This document shows, piece after piece, positions 1 to 9,545 of a DNA stretch of 64,000 nt (within the stretch, counting starts at the first letter, position 1; each line of letters begins with the position of its first letter). Origin of the DNA: an uncultured Vicinamibacteraceae bacterium (GTDB lineage Bacteria; Acidobacteriota; Vicinamibacteria; Vicinamibacterales; UBA8438); assembly GCA_964624855.1 (NCBI GenBank), contig CAZUZW010000007.1:9331-73330 (forward strand), given 5' to 3'. Position numbers and translations under genes: made by a program. Under the pieces are notes generated by a model. It ran no database searches, was not told where the DNA came from, and saw only the letters and a list, made by a program, of their open reading frames with translations.

Positions 1-1
1 C

Positions 2-319
2 GTGACTGCGGTAGTTGGAACCCACACACACGTACAAACAGCTGACGAGCGGATTCTGCCGAAGGGCACCGCCTACATTACAGACGTTGGTATGACAGGG
101 CCACATGATTCGATAATTGGTGTTGAACCTGGCCCGGTAATAGATCGTTTTCTAAACGGAAGACCGGCACGATTTCAAACGGCCTCGACTAACCCACGAC
201 TAAACGCCGTGGTTATTTCGAGCGATCCCTCGAATGGTCGTGCCTCGAAGATAGAGCGGGTCAGCCTAGCAGCCAGTACGCTTCCGACACCCACTCCTAC
301 ATCGGTATCGGTGCCGTGA
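2..319 (+). CDS. ymdB: YmdB-family metallophosphoesterase, C-terminal fragment (5' end outside window)
   Basis: ORF open at window edge. The core GTHTHVQTADERILPKGTAYITDVGMTGP is typical of YmdB/TIGR00282 phosphoesterases. Confidence 0.8.
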   Translation: MTAVVGTHTHVQTADERILPKGTAYITDVGMTGPHDSIIGVEPGPVIDRFLNGRPARFQTASTNPRLNAVVISSDPSNGRASKIERVSLAASTLPTPTPTSVSVP

Positions 320-1701
320 CTGGCTCAACCAAGCTACCGTTTGGCGAATCACCAATAGCAGGACCGAAACCTAGTGGACACATCTTCACGGTGAGCGAAA
401 TAACAGCCGTGATCCGCACAATGCTGGAGGTGAAATATCCCGAGATCTTGATTGAGGGTGAAATCTCAAATGCGCGCGTGTGGAAAACAGGTCACCTTTA
501 CTTCACCCTAAAGGATCAGAGCGCCCAACTTAACGCTGTAATGTTTCGATCGTCACTAAGGTCCTTGCGATTCAAACCTGAAAACGGTCAACAAGTCACA
601 GCCCGCGGCCGCCTCAGTGTCTACGAGCCGAAGGGTGAGTACCAAATTGTTTGCGAACACCTAGAACCGCAAGGACTGGGTACTTTGCAGTTGGCATTCC
701 AACAACTGAAAGACCGTTTGGAACAAGAGGGATTATTTCATCTTGACCGGAAGCGACCGCTGCCTACCCTTCCGAGGAAAATCGGCGTGGTCACATCTCT
801 TGACGGTGCTGCCATTCGGGATATTCTCAACGTGCTTTCCCGCCGCCAACCGAATGCACACGTCGTTATAAGCTCTTCCCGCGTTCAAGGAAAAAGTGCA
901 GCAACAGAAATTACAACAGGACTTGAAAAGTTGACACAGGTCCAAGGAGTCGATGTAGTAATCATCGCGCGCGGTGGCGGCTCAATTGAAGACCTCTGGG
1001 CTTTCAATGAAGAATCAGTGGCACGGGCGATCAGTGCGACTTCGATCCCAGTTGTATCAGGGATTGGCCATGAGACCGACTTTACAATTGCTGATTTCGT
1101 CGCCGATCTCAGGGCGCCAACACCATCGGCCGCCGCCGAGCTCGTCGCTGCAAGAAAAGATGAGGTCGTAGCACGGATTCAACGAGCAACAGACCATCTT
1201 CGAAATACCTCTGCTGCCAATATCCAACAACGACGGAACGCGCTTCATCGCATTGAAAGTCGACCCGGTCTTGCAGGCTGGCCAACTCGAGTGGCTGGAT
1301 ATGGACGAAATATCGCTGAACTGACACACCGCCTGCATTCAGCAGCACGGTCAAGAATTGGATTGCCTCTTAGAGAAATACATGTACTTCGCTTGCGCCT
1401 AGAAGCTCTTTCTCTCGAACGCCAATTGGGTCGTATCCGCGCCAAATTGGTCAGGCTGGATACACGCCTAACCGCCACGGCAAGTACAATACACGGTGAC
1501 CTCGGCGGACGAGTTCGCACAGCAGCCAACCGCTTACAAGCTCTCAGCCCACTGGCGGTCCTCTCTCGGGGCTATGCAGTATGTTGGACCGAAAACCAAT
1601 CGGCGATCATCAGAAAATCTGCTGCCGTTAAGCCAGGTGATTCGGTCACGGTAACACTCCATCAGGGCGAAATTAATTGCGAGGTCAGGAGTACAAAGTG
1701 A
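316..1701 (+). CDS. xseA: exodeoxyribonuclease VII large subunit
   Basis: 461 aa. N-terminal OB-fold segment (ISNARVWKTGHLYFTLKD) and core (IGVVTS, IIARGGGSIEDLWAFNEE) are typical of XseA. GTG start overlaps the upstream stop. xseB follows directly. Confidence 0.92.
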   Translation: MTGSTKLPFGESPIAGPKPSGHIFTVSEITAVIRTMLEVKYPEILIEGEISNARVWKTGHLYFTLKDQSAQLNAVMFRSSLRSLRFKPENGQQVTARGRLSVYEPKGEYQIVCEHLEPQGLGTLQLAFQQLKDRLEQEGLFHLDRKRPLPTLPRKIGVVTSLDGAAIRDILNVLSRRQPNAHVVISSSRVQGKSAATEITTGLEKLTQVQGVDVVIIARGGGSIEDLWAFNEESVARAISATSIPVVSGIGHETDFTIADFVADLRAPTPSAAAELVAARKDEVVARIQRATDHLRNTSAANIQQRRNALHRIESRPGLAGWPTRVAGYGRNIAELTHRLHSAARSRIGLPLREIHVLRLRLEALSLERQLGRIRAKLVRLDTRLTATASTIHGDLGGRVRTAANRLQALSPLAVLSRGYAVCWTENQSAIIRKSAAVKPGDSVTVTLHQGEINCEVRSTK

Positions 1702-1958
1702 AAGACAAATCCACGACCAGCATAAAAAATTTCGAGTCGGCACTGACCGAACTCGAATCTCTTGTAACAACCCTTGAAGACGGCAAACTCAGTCTTGAGC
1801 GTTCCCTTGAACTCTTTGAGCGCGGTGTGAAGTTATCGCGCTACTGTCACACGAAACTCGAAGAAGCCGAAAAACGAATCGAGGTGCTTACCGACCAAGG
1901 CGAGGTACAACCGGCGCCAAACGAACTGTCTGATTCCACACTTTCTTCAACGGAATGA
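1698..1958 (+). CDS. xseB: exodeoxyribonuclease VII small subunit
   Basis: Small helical protein; FESALTELESLVTTLEDGKLSLERSLELFERG is XseB-like. GTG at 1698 overlaps the xseA stop (GTGA) with GGAG 6 nt upstream. The longest ORF starts at 1677. Confidence 0.88.
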   Translation: MKDKSTTSIKNFESALTELESLVTTLEDGKLSLERSLELFERGVKLSRYCHTKLEEAEKRIEVLTDQGEVQPAPNELSDSTLSSTE

Positions 1959-1965
1959 GCCTGCC

Positions 1966-2946
1966 ATGGCCGCTAACGAGATCGATTCCACTGGCATAAA
2001 CGACATCGCAATCTATTTAAAACTCTGTCGGAAAGAAATCGACAGAGCTCTGCACAAACTGTTCGGCATTCAGACCGAGGCTCCAACACAAGTAACTGAA
2101 GCCATGCAATACAGTTTGTTCGCCGGAGGAAAACGACTTAGACCTATCTTGACCTTAGCATCTGCGCATACCGTAGCCCCCTCTGTCTCGAAGAATCGTG
2201 AGTTTCTCCTCCATCCCGCTGCATGTGCGGTCGAAATGATTCACACCTACTCACTCATTCATGATGACCTCCCAGCGATGGACAATGACACTCTCCGACG
2301 GGGGCGACCGACGGCCCACGTGGTTTTTGGCGAGGGTCTCGCCATTCTGGCAGGAGACGCACTTCTAACAGAAGCCTTTCAAATACTCGCAAAGTTTCCA
2401 GAAACAAGCGACCCTTCCTTGATTGATCGGAAACTTCGAGTGGTAGAGTGCGTCGCTACGGCCGCCGGTGTGAACGGTATGCTTGGCGGACAGGTAGTTG
2501 ACCTGGCAGCTGCGGGACAACTTTCGGCACAGTCAACCAACCAGGGCGATAAATCGTCTCCAAGCTTTGGCCCAACTGAGCTACGGGCAATGCACGAACA
2601 AAAAACTGGTGCGCTAATTAAGGCCGCTGCGGTCGCAGGCGCAACAATGATCGGAGGATGTTCCAAAGAGATCCAAGCGGTCGAAACTTATGCGACACAC
2701 CTCGGACTTGCTTTCCAGATCGTTGACGACATTCTTGACGTGGAGAGTACCAAAGAAAGCCTTGGTAAGACCGTGGGAAAGGATGCGGCCGCGGGTAAAC
2801 CCACATATCCAAGTATGTTCGGCATCGAAAAGTCACGCCGCATGTCCCTATCTTCAATCGAACAAGCTAAAGCTTCACTGGCGACCGCCGGACTTACCGG
2901 TCCTTTGGCTGGTATTGCCGACTGGGTAATCACTCGCCAGAATTAG
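1966..2946 (+). CDS. ispA: polyprenyl (farnesyl/geranylgeranyl) diphosphate synthase
   Basis: Both Asp-rich motifs are present (HDDLPAMDNDTLRRG and FQIVDDILD). Shows the conserved xseB-ispA linkage. Confidence 0.92.
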   Translation: MAANEIDSTGINDIAIYLKLCRKEIDRALHKLFGIQTEAPTQVTEAMQYSLFAGGKRLRPILTLASAHTVAPSVSKNREFLLHPAACAVEMIHTYSLIHDDLPAMDNDTLRRGRPTAHVVFGEGLAILAGDALLTEAFQILAKFPETSDPSLIDRKLRVVECVATAAGVNGMLGGQVVDLAAAGQLSAQSTNQGDKSSPSFGPTELRAMHEQKTGALIKAAAVAGATMIGGCSKEIQAVETYATHLGLAFQIVDDILDVESTKESLGKTVGKDAAAGKPTYPSMFGIEKSRRMSLSSIEQAKASLATAGLTGPLAGIADWVITRQN

Positions 2947-2953
2947 TCATAAG

Positions 2954-3697
2954 ATGTCTTCACAAGTGAGACTCGACACATTAGTCGTAGAACGTGGCCT
3001 CGCCCAAACTCGGGCTCGAGCTCGGGCGCTGGTGCTGGCTGGTCATGTCAGTGTTAACGGAAAAGTAGTCGAAAAAGCAGGTAATCCGACAGCACCTAGC
3101 GCATTTATTGCACTGACAAAACCCGATCACCCGTACGTCGGTCGAGGAGGCGTCAAACTTGTTCATGCTCTAGACACCTTCGGCATCGACACTAAAAACA
3201 GGATCGGCTTGGATATCGGGGCTTCGACGGGAGGATTTACCGACGTGATGCTCGCAAGGGGTATTAAACGGGTCGTAGCGCTTGATGTAGGACACAATCA
3301 GCTAGCCTGGAAACTCCGCAATCATCCAGATGTTGTCGTAATCGAAGGACTAAACGCGAGAGGACTTCGAGCCGAAATGTTGCCAGTTGACTGCCGTAAT
3401 TTCAACATCATAACGATCGATGTTTCGTTTATCTCTGCGACGCGGATCATCGAACGGGTACCGGCGCTATTACAACCTCAGGCTGACGTTGTTGTACTAG
3501 TAAAACCACAGTTCGAAGCTGGCCGGCACGAAATTGGAAAAAAGGGTGTTGTTCTTGACCCGATAGTGCGACAACGAGTCGTCGACGAAGTGGCAACCGA
3601 AGCGAACAATATAGGTCTGCGCCGCATCGGTATGACACAGTCACCGATTACCGGCGCCCAGGGAAATCACGAATTCTTTCTACATCTGAGAAAATGA
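2954..3697 (+). CDS. tlyA: TlyA-family rRNA 2'-O-methyltransferase (S4 domain + FtsJ fold)
   Basis: N-terminal S4 RNA-binding segment (RLDTLVVERGLAQTRARARALVLAGHVSVNG) and SAM motif (GLDIGASTGGFTD). Shows tlyA-nadK synteny. Confidence 0.9.
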   Translation: MSSQVRLDTLVVERGLAQTRARARALVLAGHVSVNGKVVEKAGNPTAPSAFIALTKPDHPYVGRGGVKLVHALDTFGIDTKNRIGLDIGASTGGFTDVMLARGIKRVVALDVGHNQLAWKLRNHPDVVVIEGLNARGLRAEMLPVDCRNFNIITIDVSFISATRIIERVPALLQPQADVVVLVKPQFEAGRHEIGKKGVVLDPIVRQRVVDEVATEANNIGLRRIGMTQSPITGAQGNHEFFLHLRK

Positions 3698-4611
3698 CTG
3701 AAGACACTCGGCAAAATTCTGGGTCAAGCAAGATCAAGGCTGTCGGCATCGTAGCAAAGGCGCGTTTGCCCGAAGCGCCTGAAGTGGTCAGCGCCATCAA
3801 GAACTGGTTGTATGAGCGTAACGTAACAGTCATGATCGAGACTGAAACTGCCGACCTTGTAGGCCTCGACCAGTCCAAAACATTTTCTCGAAGCTCTCTA
3901 CCATCAACAATTGACTTGCTCGTGGTCTTGGGCGGTGACGGCACTCTGCTTGGTATTGCCAGAAGTGTTGCCGAGCTAGAAACAGAAAAGGACATTCCGA
4001 TCCTTGCAATTAATTTCGGCAGTCTCGGGTTTCTCACGGAGATTACATTGCCGGAGCTTTACCAAGCCCTCGAATCAATCATCGACGGTACTGCTGACAT
4101 CGATGAGCGTCAGATGCTCCGGTCAAGAGTAATTCGGGATACGCAGACCATCGCCGACCGCGTCGTGCTAAACGACGTCGTCGTAAGCAAATCTGCCCTA
4201 TCAAGCATTATCGACCTAACGATAAGAGTGGGCGATCAATTCGTTACGCAACTTCGTTCGGACGGCTTGATCATAGCTAGTCCAACGGGTTCAACTGCAT
4301 ACAGTATGGCTGCCGGTGGTCCAATCGTTCACCCTTTAGTTGACGCATTAGTCATAACTCCCATCGCTCCCCACACTTTAACCAATCGACCTATCGTTAT
4401 CCCCAGCAATACTGCTGTGAGGATCACTCCAACACTGAGTAGTTCACACCATTCGGCCTATGTCAGTTTTGATGGCCAGTCAGGCTTGGAATTGAACCAC
4501 GGAGACACCATAACGGTCGAACGGGGCACTCATGCTCTCAAGGTCATTCGAGCCAAATCAAGAGGCTACTTCGCCGTATTACATGAAAAGTTGAAATGGG
4601 GCCAACGGTAA
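3694..4611 (+). CDS. nadK: NAD kinase
   Basis: GGDGTLL and ASPTGSTAYSMAAGGP motifs. ATGA start/stop overlap with tlyA. Confidence 0.93.
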   Translation: MTEDTRQNSGSSKIKAVGIVAKARLPEAPEVVSAIKNWLYERNVTVMIETETADLVGLDQSKTFSRSSLPSTIDLLVVLGGDGTLLGIARSVAELETEKDIPILAINFGSLGFLTEITLPELYQALESIIDGTADIDERQMLRSRVIRDTQTIADRVVLNDVVVSKSALSSIIDLTIRVGDQFVTQLRSDGLIIASPTGSTAYSMAAGGPIVHPLVDALVITPIAPHTLTNRPIVIPSNTAVRITPTLSSSHHSAYVSFDGQSGLELNHGDTITVERGTHALKVIRAKSRGYFAVLHEKLKWGQR

Positions 4612-4750
4612 CAACATAGCTGGAATGCTAGACCTTGAGTGCAACAATAGGCGACGACTGGCGTAAGTTCCGCACACTTGCAACCAGTGCTCGAACACCC
4701 CTTACATAGAAACACTTGAAAATATCCGCGGACTCCTCAAAAACACACAG

Positions 4751-5152
4751 TTACGAGGATTTACTAATAGGCGGATGATAAATAACCTGAACGCGATTGC
4801 CATCGGGGTCGTCCACATAGAATGAACGCGCCCCATCTCGATGCGTACGAGGTTGACTTGCTAATGCAACACCGCGGTTTTCAAAAAACCCTGCCCAAGC
4901 ATCAACATCGCTGGCGTGCCGCACTAGAACACCAAGATGATCAAGCGCCGTACCAGCAGAATCTTTTTTCTCCATCGCTCGGTGAAGCGCGAGGTTGTCA
5001 CTCCCTGAAGTCAGGTAGACATTGTCTTCATCTGGCTCCCATTCGATTCGAAATCCCAGCAACTCCGTGTAGAAGCGTTTTGTTTCGTCGAATGCGGTTA
5101 CGACCAATGCTATGTGACGCAGTCCCAAGTGAGTCGGCGGTTTTACATCCAT
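4751..5152 (-). CDS. VOC/glyoxalase-family protein
   Basis: LRHIALVVTAFDETKRFYTELLGF and HLGVLV...FYVDDPDGNRVQV are typical paired beta-alpha-beta-beta-beta modules. I prefer ATG at 5152 (133 aa, normal family size) to the 170-aa longest ORF starting at 5263. Confidence 0.75.
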   Translation of the reverse strand: MDVKPPTHLGLRHIALVVTAFDETKRFYTELLGFRIEWEPDEDNVYLTSGSDNLALHRAMEKKDSAGTALDHLGVLVRHASDVDAWAGFFENRGVALASQPRTHRDGARSFYVDDPDGNRVQVIYHPPISKSS

Positions 5153-5226
5153 CACGAACAGTTTAACAAGAGGCGGTGCTTTCTGGTGTGGTTGCGAATC
5201 ACGAAACGGAACCGTAAGATTGAGGC

Positions 5227-5685
5227 ATGTCACCCCGATCGGCGACTCAACCCAGGTGTGCACTTTGCGGTGAAAGAAACGTTTCTGAGCCCCCTGGCGG
5301 AGAAAAATACTGTCGGGACTGCTGGGACAAGAAAATTGCGGTCGAAGACATCGTTGCTCGCGAATTTGCTCTAAAACGATATATCCGAGCCCAAAGCGCG
5401 GAAAAATATCTGGTTTACCACTCGACTCAAAAACGCCCGTGCGGTCAACTGATCGTTGTCGATGATGGTTACGACCTCTTTCTCAGTTTAATTCTGTATC
5501 CCAGCTTCGCCTGGGACGAATCGGCCTATCATCTTGAGGGCGAACCGGAAAGTCGTTCGTTCTCAGAATTACTGGTAGATGTCGTGGTCACTGAAGTAAT
5601 TGAGCCTTGGGGAGGTGGCAAGTGGCACCTTGAAATTTTCAGATCCATCAGCCCAGAAGCTGAAGACTGGAACGGCGAAATGTAA
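5227..5685 (+). CDS. hypothetical protein with N-terminal CxxC-x14-CxxC zinc-ribbon-like motif
   Basis: 152-aa ORF containing CALCGERNVSEPPGGEKYCRDC. I recognise no family. The SD is poorly spaced (GAGG 1 nt from the ATG). Confidence 0.4.
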   Translation: MSPRSATQPRCALCGERNVSEPPGGEKYCRDCWDKKIAVEDIVAREFALKRYIRAQSAEKYLVYHSTQKRPCGQLIVVDDGYDLFLSLILYPSFAWDESAYHLEGEPESRSFSELLVDVVVTEVIEPWGGGKWHLEIFRSISPEAEDWNGEM

Positions 5686-5713
5686 ATTTCGAGCCTCAAA
5701 ACTACGAAGGGTG

Positions 5714-5743
5714 TTGAGATTTTGGGGCCGACAGGCCTATAAT
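5714..5743 (+). promoter_or_regulatory. sigma70-like promoter for the lipoprotein gene
   Basis: TTGAGA (5714-5719), 18-nt spacer, TATAAT (5738-5743), about 45 nt upstream of the start codon. Confidence 0.45.
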
Positions 5744-5791
5744 TCTCGCTTCGTGTCGGTTTAAGAGACACAAGCTGCTCGGAGGAGCGTG

Positions 5792-6394
5792 ATGGAAAAA
5801 CTCACCAACACGGTGTTTTTTGTTTTATTGGCTGGCATGCTAAGTCTAGCCGCGTGCGGAGGCTCTGGTTCATCGGAGTCCGAGGGAATGGCGGAAGAAG
5901 GCGCCGTAGGCGGAGGTGTGCCTGAACCTAGCGCTGAGGCCGTCGCTGCCGCGAATACTCTCGTCAACAGACTTGAAAATAGCGATGCTGAGCTTGTTGC
6001 AACCCAACGTGGAATTGTCGACATCGGTTACACCCAGCCTAGGGCGAGCCGTGAGAGTAATTTCATAGTGACGACCTTTATGGTCCAAAACCGAGCCAAC
6101 AACGCCATTGCCGGTTTTCAGGTTGACGAGTTCTGGTTTGATTCCGACGGCAACACAGTAACGGGAGACCGCGTTCGATTCAGGGAACCCATCATGGCAG
6201 GAGAGGTTGTCGAAATCGAACTGCGGGTACCACGAAATTCAGCCATGGATCGTAGTAACTACGAATTCACACACCAAAATGGCGACATCGAACCCGAACT
6301 TGTCGTGGACGATGAAGTCATTGACACGTGGCCAGAATTCATTAAGCCCGAACCGGAAGAAGAAGGTGAGGAAGAAGCCGAGCCTGCGGCATAG
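5792..6394 (+). CDS. putative lipoprotein with acidic C-terminal tail
   Basis: Signal peptide plus lipobox (FFVLLAGMLSLAAC|GGSGS). GGAGGAG SD precedes GTG-ATG. The tail is PEPEEEGEEEAEPAA. No family recognised. Confidence 0.65.
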   Translation: MEKLTNTVFFVLLAGMLSLAACGGSGSSESEGMAEEGAVGGGVPEPSAEAVAAANTLVNRLENSDAELVATQRGIVDIGYTQPRASRESNFIVTTFMVQNRANNAIAGFQVDEFWFDSDGNTVTGDRVRFREPIMAGEVVEIELRVPRNSAMDRSNYEFTHQNGDIEPELVVDDEVIDTWPEFIKPEPEEEGEEEAEPAA

Positions 6395-6430
6395 TAGTCA
6401 CGGCGAGACTTTTTAATTTTTCCGTGTAAC

Positions 6431-7885
6431 TTGATTGTCGTGGCCTGGACCAGATTCACATCTCGTCCGGGCCATACTTTTTTCTACGCGTCTCAAATCG
6501 CCACGACCACACAGGTTGAGCTGAAATCCCGTATTCAAGCATTGTTGAAAGCATCTCAAAAGGTGTTATGGAGATGCCCGCTTGCTTCACCTGTCGCGGG
6601 TAGAAAAAAATTCGTTACGATTCGAGAGTCGCCGTCGTCTAAATTCATAGCTACAGACATTCAGCCTGACTGTGTGACCTATACTCAAACCGTGGCACTT
6701 GATATTTCAGCTATTCAAACGGCGCTTCAACAAGACGGCCTGGATGGTTGGCTGCTATACGATTTTCATGGCTCAAATCCAATTGCTGGCGCCGTAGTCG
6801 AAGTTGATTCCAGAACAAAAATGACGACACGCCGATGGTACTGTCTGATTCCAGCGACAGGTAGCCCACAGTCATTGATGCATGCAATTGAACCAACTAG
6901 TCTCGCCCACGTACCAGGCAGACACTTCCTCTACGCAGATCACAATCAACTGCAGGAAGGACTCAGAACACTTCTGGCAGGAACAAAGGTCCTTGCCATG
7001 GAATATTCACCCAGTGGCGCGATACCGTATATCTCACGGGTTGACGCGGGAACCATTGATGCAGTTCGAGCTATGGGCATCGAAGTGGTTTCTTCAGGTG
7101 ACCTTGTGCAGCGATTTGAAGCCACTTGGAGCAAAGCTCAACTGACTTCACATGAGTCTGCCTCAGACAAACTGCACCGCATCAAGGACAAGGCCTTTGC
7201 TCTGATAAGTGAGCGACTAGAATCATCAACGCTAGACGAGTTCGAACTCCAACAGGTAATGATGACCTGGTTCAAGGATGAAAAATTGGTCACAGACTCC
7301 CCTCCAGTGGTTGCCGTAAAAGAAAGTACTGGAAATCCACACTATATGCCCACAAAGCAGCGCTGCCGCCCTATCGAAAAAGGTGACATCGTGCTTTTGG
7401 ATCTGTGGGGCAAACTGGACCAGCCAGGTTCCGTGTTCGCCGACATTACGTGGGTGGCATACACTGGCGCTAACGTACCGACCGAGTACGTAAGAGTGTT
7501 CGAATTGGTCCGTGCCGCACGCGACGCTGCTATCGGTCTCGTACAAGCATCAAATCTAACTGGCAAAGACCTTCGAGGGTGGCAAGTGGACCGTGCCGCG
7601 CGAGACGTGATCTCCGCAGAACAGATGGGACAATATTTCGTGCATCGAACGGGACATAGCTTGGGTGCTTCAGTACATGGTAACGGCGTGCACATGGACA
7701 ACTATGAAACCCATGACGACCGGCGGTTACTACCCGGAACGGGTTTCACGATAGAACCAGGCATCTACCAAAAGGCTTTCGGAATTCGATCGGAAATCAA
7801 TATGTATGTAGGAGAAAGTGCGGCGTGGGTTACTGGACCGTTACAGAACAAGATCGTGTCGCTAACGGCGAATGGAAGCGAGTAA
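6431..7885 (+). CDS. M24-family Xaa-Pro aminopeptidase/dipeptidase (start uncertain)
   Basis: Pita-bread fold motifs are present (DITWVAY, HRTGHSLG, GFTIEPGIY). The conserved N-domain begins near ISAIQTALQQDGLDGWLLYDF, so the true start may be GTG 6674 or 6692. The longest ORF starts at TTG 6431. Confidence 0.8.
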   Translation: MIVVAWTRFTSRPGHTFFYASQIATTTQVELKSRIQALLKASQKVLWRCPLASPVAGRKKFVTIRESPSSKFIATDIQPDCVTYTQTVALDISAIQTALQQDGLDGWLLYDFHGSNPIAGAVVEVDSRTKMTTRRWYCLIPATGSPQSLMHAIEPTSLAHVPGRHFLYADHNQLQEGLRTLLAGTKVLAMEYSPSGAIPYISRVDAGTIDAVRAMGIEVVSSGDLVQRFEATWSKAQLTSHESASDKLHRIKDKAFALISERLESSTLDEFELQQVMMTWFKDEKLVTDSPPVVAVKESTGNPHYMPTKQRCRPIEKGDIVLLDLWGKLDQPGSVFADITWVAYTGANVPTEYVRVFELVRAARDAAIGLVQASNLTGKDLRGWQVDRAARDVISAEQMGQYFVHRTGHSLGASVHGNGVHMDNYETHDDRRLLPGTGFTIEPGIYQKAFGIRSEINMYVGESAAWVTGPLQNKIVSLTANGSE

Positions 7886-8018
7886 AAGGGACTAACGCGG
7901 GTCTTAAGAGAACACGTTGATGACGAATCGCGCACTAAGACCAGACACTGAGGTAATCTATTAGGAACGGCATCTTTATGGATGCCAACTGTTTGGTGTA
8001 GTCAAGTTGTTGGAGGAG

Positions 8019-9527
8019 ATGATGTCGACACGAAGAAGCACGTTATTTTCCGCTGGGTTGATAGCGGTAATGTCGATGGCCATAGGTATGGTCATCGCCT
8101 CTCGGTTCGACATGGCGCCTGCCCCATCTGCGCAGACTTTCTCGGTTCCGCCTATGAACAGCGAGCCGCTAGACGGTCCAATCGACGCTGGTACGTTCAG
8201 AGAGATTGCGAAGACCCAAACAGCCATGGTCGTAAATATCCGCACAGAATCGAGACAGGAAGGTTCGCAACTGAACGACTTTTTTGGTGACGACGACCTT
8301 TTTCGTCGATTCTTCGGACAACCGCAAGAACAACAACCAAGAGAACGAACTGTTCAGGCGGCTGGCACAGGGTTCGTCATTGATGACAGCGGCTTAATCT
8401 TGACAAATAACCACGTGGTCGCAGAAGCCACCACGATCGAGATTGATTTTTATGGCGACGAGGACGGTGTGTTTTATGAAGCAGAGATTCTGGGCCGCGA
8501 CCCACTTACCGACAGCGCGCTTCTCGAACTCACAGAACTCCCAGATGATTTACAGCTGGCAGTAGCTAACTTTGGTGACTCTTCACAAATGTCGCCCGGC
8601 GACTGGGTCATGGCTATTGGAAACCCATTCGGCTTCGGCCACACTGTAACAGTCGGTGTGATCTCTGCAATTGGTAGACCGTTTACGGCAGTGCCAGGTC
8701 GGTCGCAGGACGTACTGCAAACCGATGCAGCTATCAATCCAGGAAACTCAGGGGGCCCTCTGCTCAATATCCGAGGAGAAGTTGTTGGCATCAACACCGC
8801 AATTGTCAGCGACCGACAGTCAAACGTAGGAATCGGCTTTGCTATACCAAGTAATACCGTGCGTGAACTTCTAACGGAACTACGAAGCGGTAAGGTCACC
8901 CGTGGTCGCATCGGTGTTCAGATAATGAATGTGACTCGGGACTCATTTGAGGATCTTGGCCTAACCGAACGCATGGGTGCGATCGTGTCTTCGGTTCAGG
9001 AAGGTGGTCCGGCTGACGCTGCCAATATGCAACCAGGTGACGTGATCGTGGGTTACAACGGTACTCGTATCGAAAACACAGAAGATTTGCAGAGCAAAGT
9101 GGTCGCAACGCGTCCCGGCACAATCGTACCGGTGATTGTTATGCGGGCCGGGGAAGAAGTCGCACTCAACGTCACCATAGAAGAACTCGACCTAGACACG
9201 GAAGCCGCCGAACCGGCTCAAACCGTTGAAGACAACCTCAGCGAAGGTTTCGGCATGACATTGCAAGATTTGACGCCACAGACTTCTGCCCGTCTACGCC
9301 TCCCCGATAACACGGAAGGTGCCGTCGTCGTCGACCTCGAGAATGGCGGTTCTGCAGAAGCTGGAGGAGCAAGGCCGGGAGACGTCATTGTGAGCGTGAA
9401 CCGTGTCAACGTGGCGAGTGCGGCCGATGCCATTCGTGAACTCAACCTTGTAGAACCTGGTCGGACTGCGTTTTTACTAGTCCAGCGAGGCCCGAACAGG
9501 GTTTTTCTACAGGTACTTAAGGAATAG
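8019..9527 (+). CDS. htrA: DegP/HtrA-family periplasmic serine protease with two PDZ domains
   Basis: Catalytic motifs TNNHVV and GNSGGPL, an N-terminal membrane anchor and two PDZ-like segments. GGAGGAG SD precedes tandem ATGs at 8019 and 8022. Confidence 0.9.
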   Translation: MMSTRRSTLFSAGLIAVMSMAIGMVIASRFDMAPAPSAQTFSVPPMNSEPLDGPIDAGTFREIAKTQTAMVVNIRTESRQEGSQLNDFFGDDDLFRRFFGQPQEQQPRERTVQAAGTGFVIDDSGLILTNNHVVAEATTIEIDFYGDEDGVFYEAEILGRDPLTDSALLELTELPDDLQLAVANFGDSSQMSPGDWVMAIGNPFGFGHTVTVGVISAIGRPFTAVPGRSQDVLQTDAAINPGNSGGPLLNIRGEVVGINTAIVSDRQSNVGIGFAIPSNTVRELLTELRSGKVTRGRIGVQIMNVTRDSFEDLGLTERMGAIVSSVQEGGPADAANMQPGDVIVGYNGTRIENTEDLQSKVVATRPGTIVPVIVMRAGEEVALNVTIEELDLDTEAAEPAQTVEDNLSEGFGMTLQDLTPQTSARLRLPDNTEGAVVVDLENGGSAEAGGARPGDVIVSVNRVNVASAADAIRELNLVEPGRTAFLLVQRGPNRVFLQVLKE

Positions 9528-9545
9528 CCGACTGCCACCCGGCCT

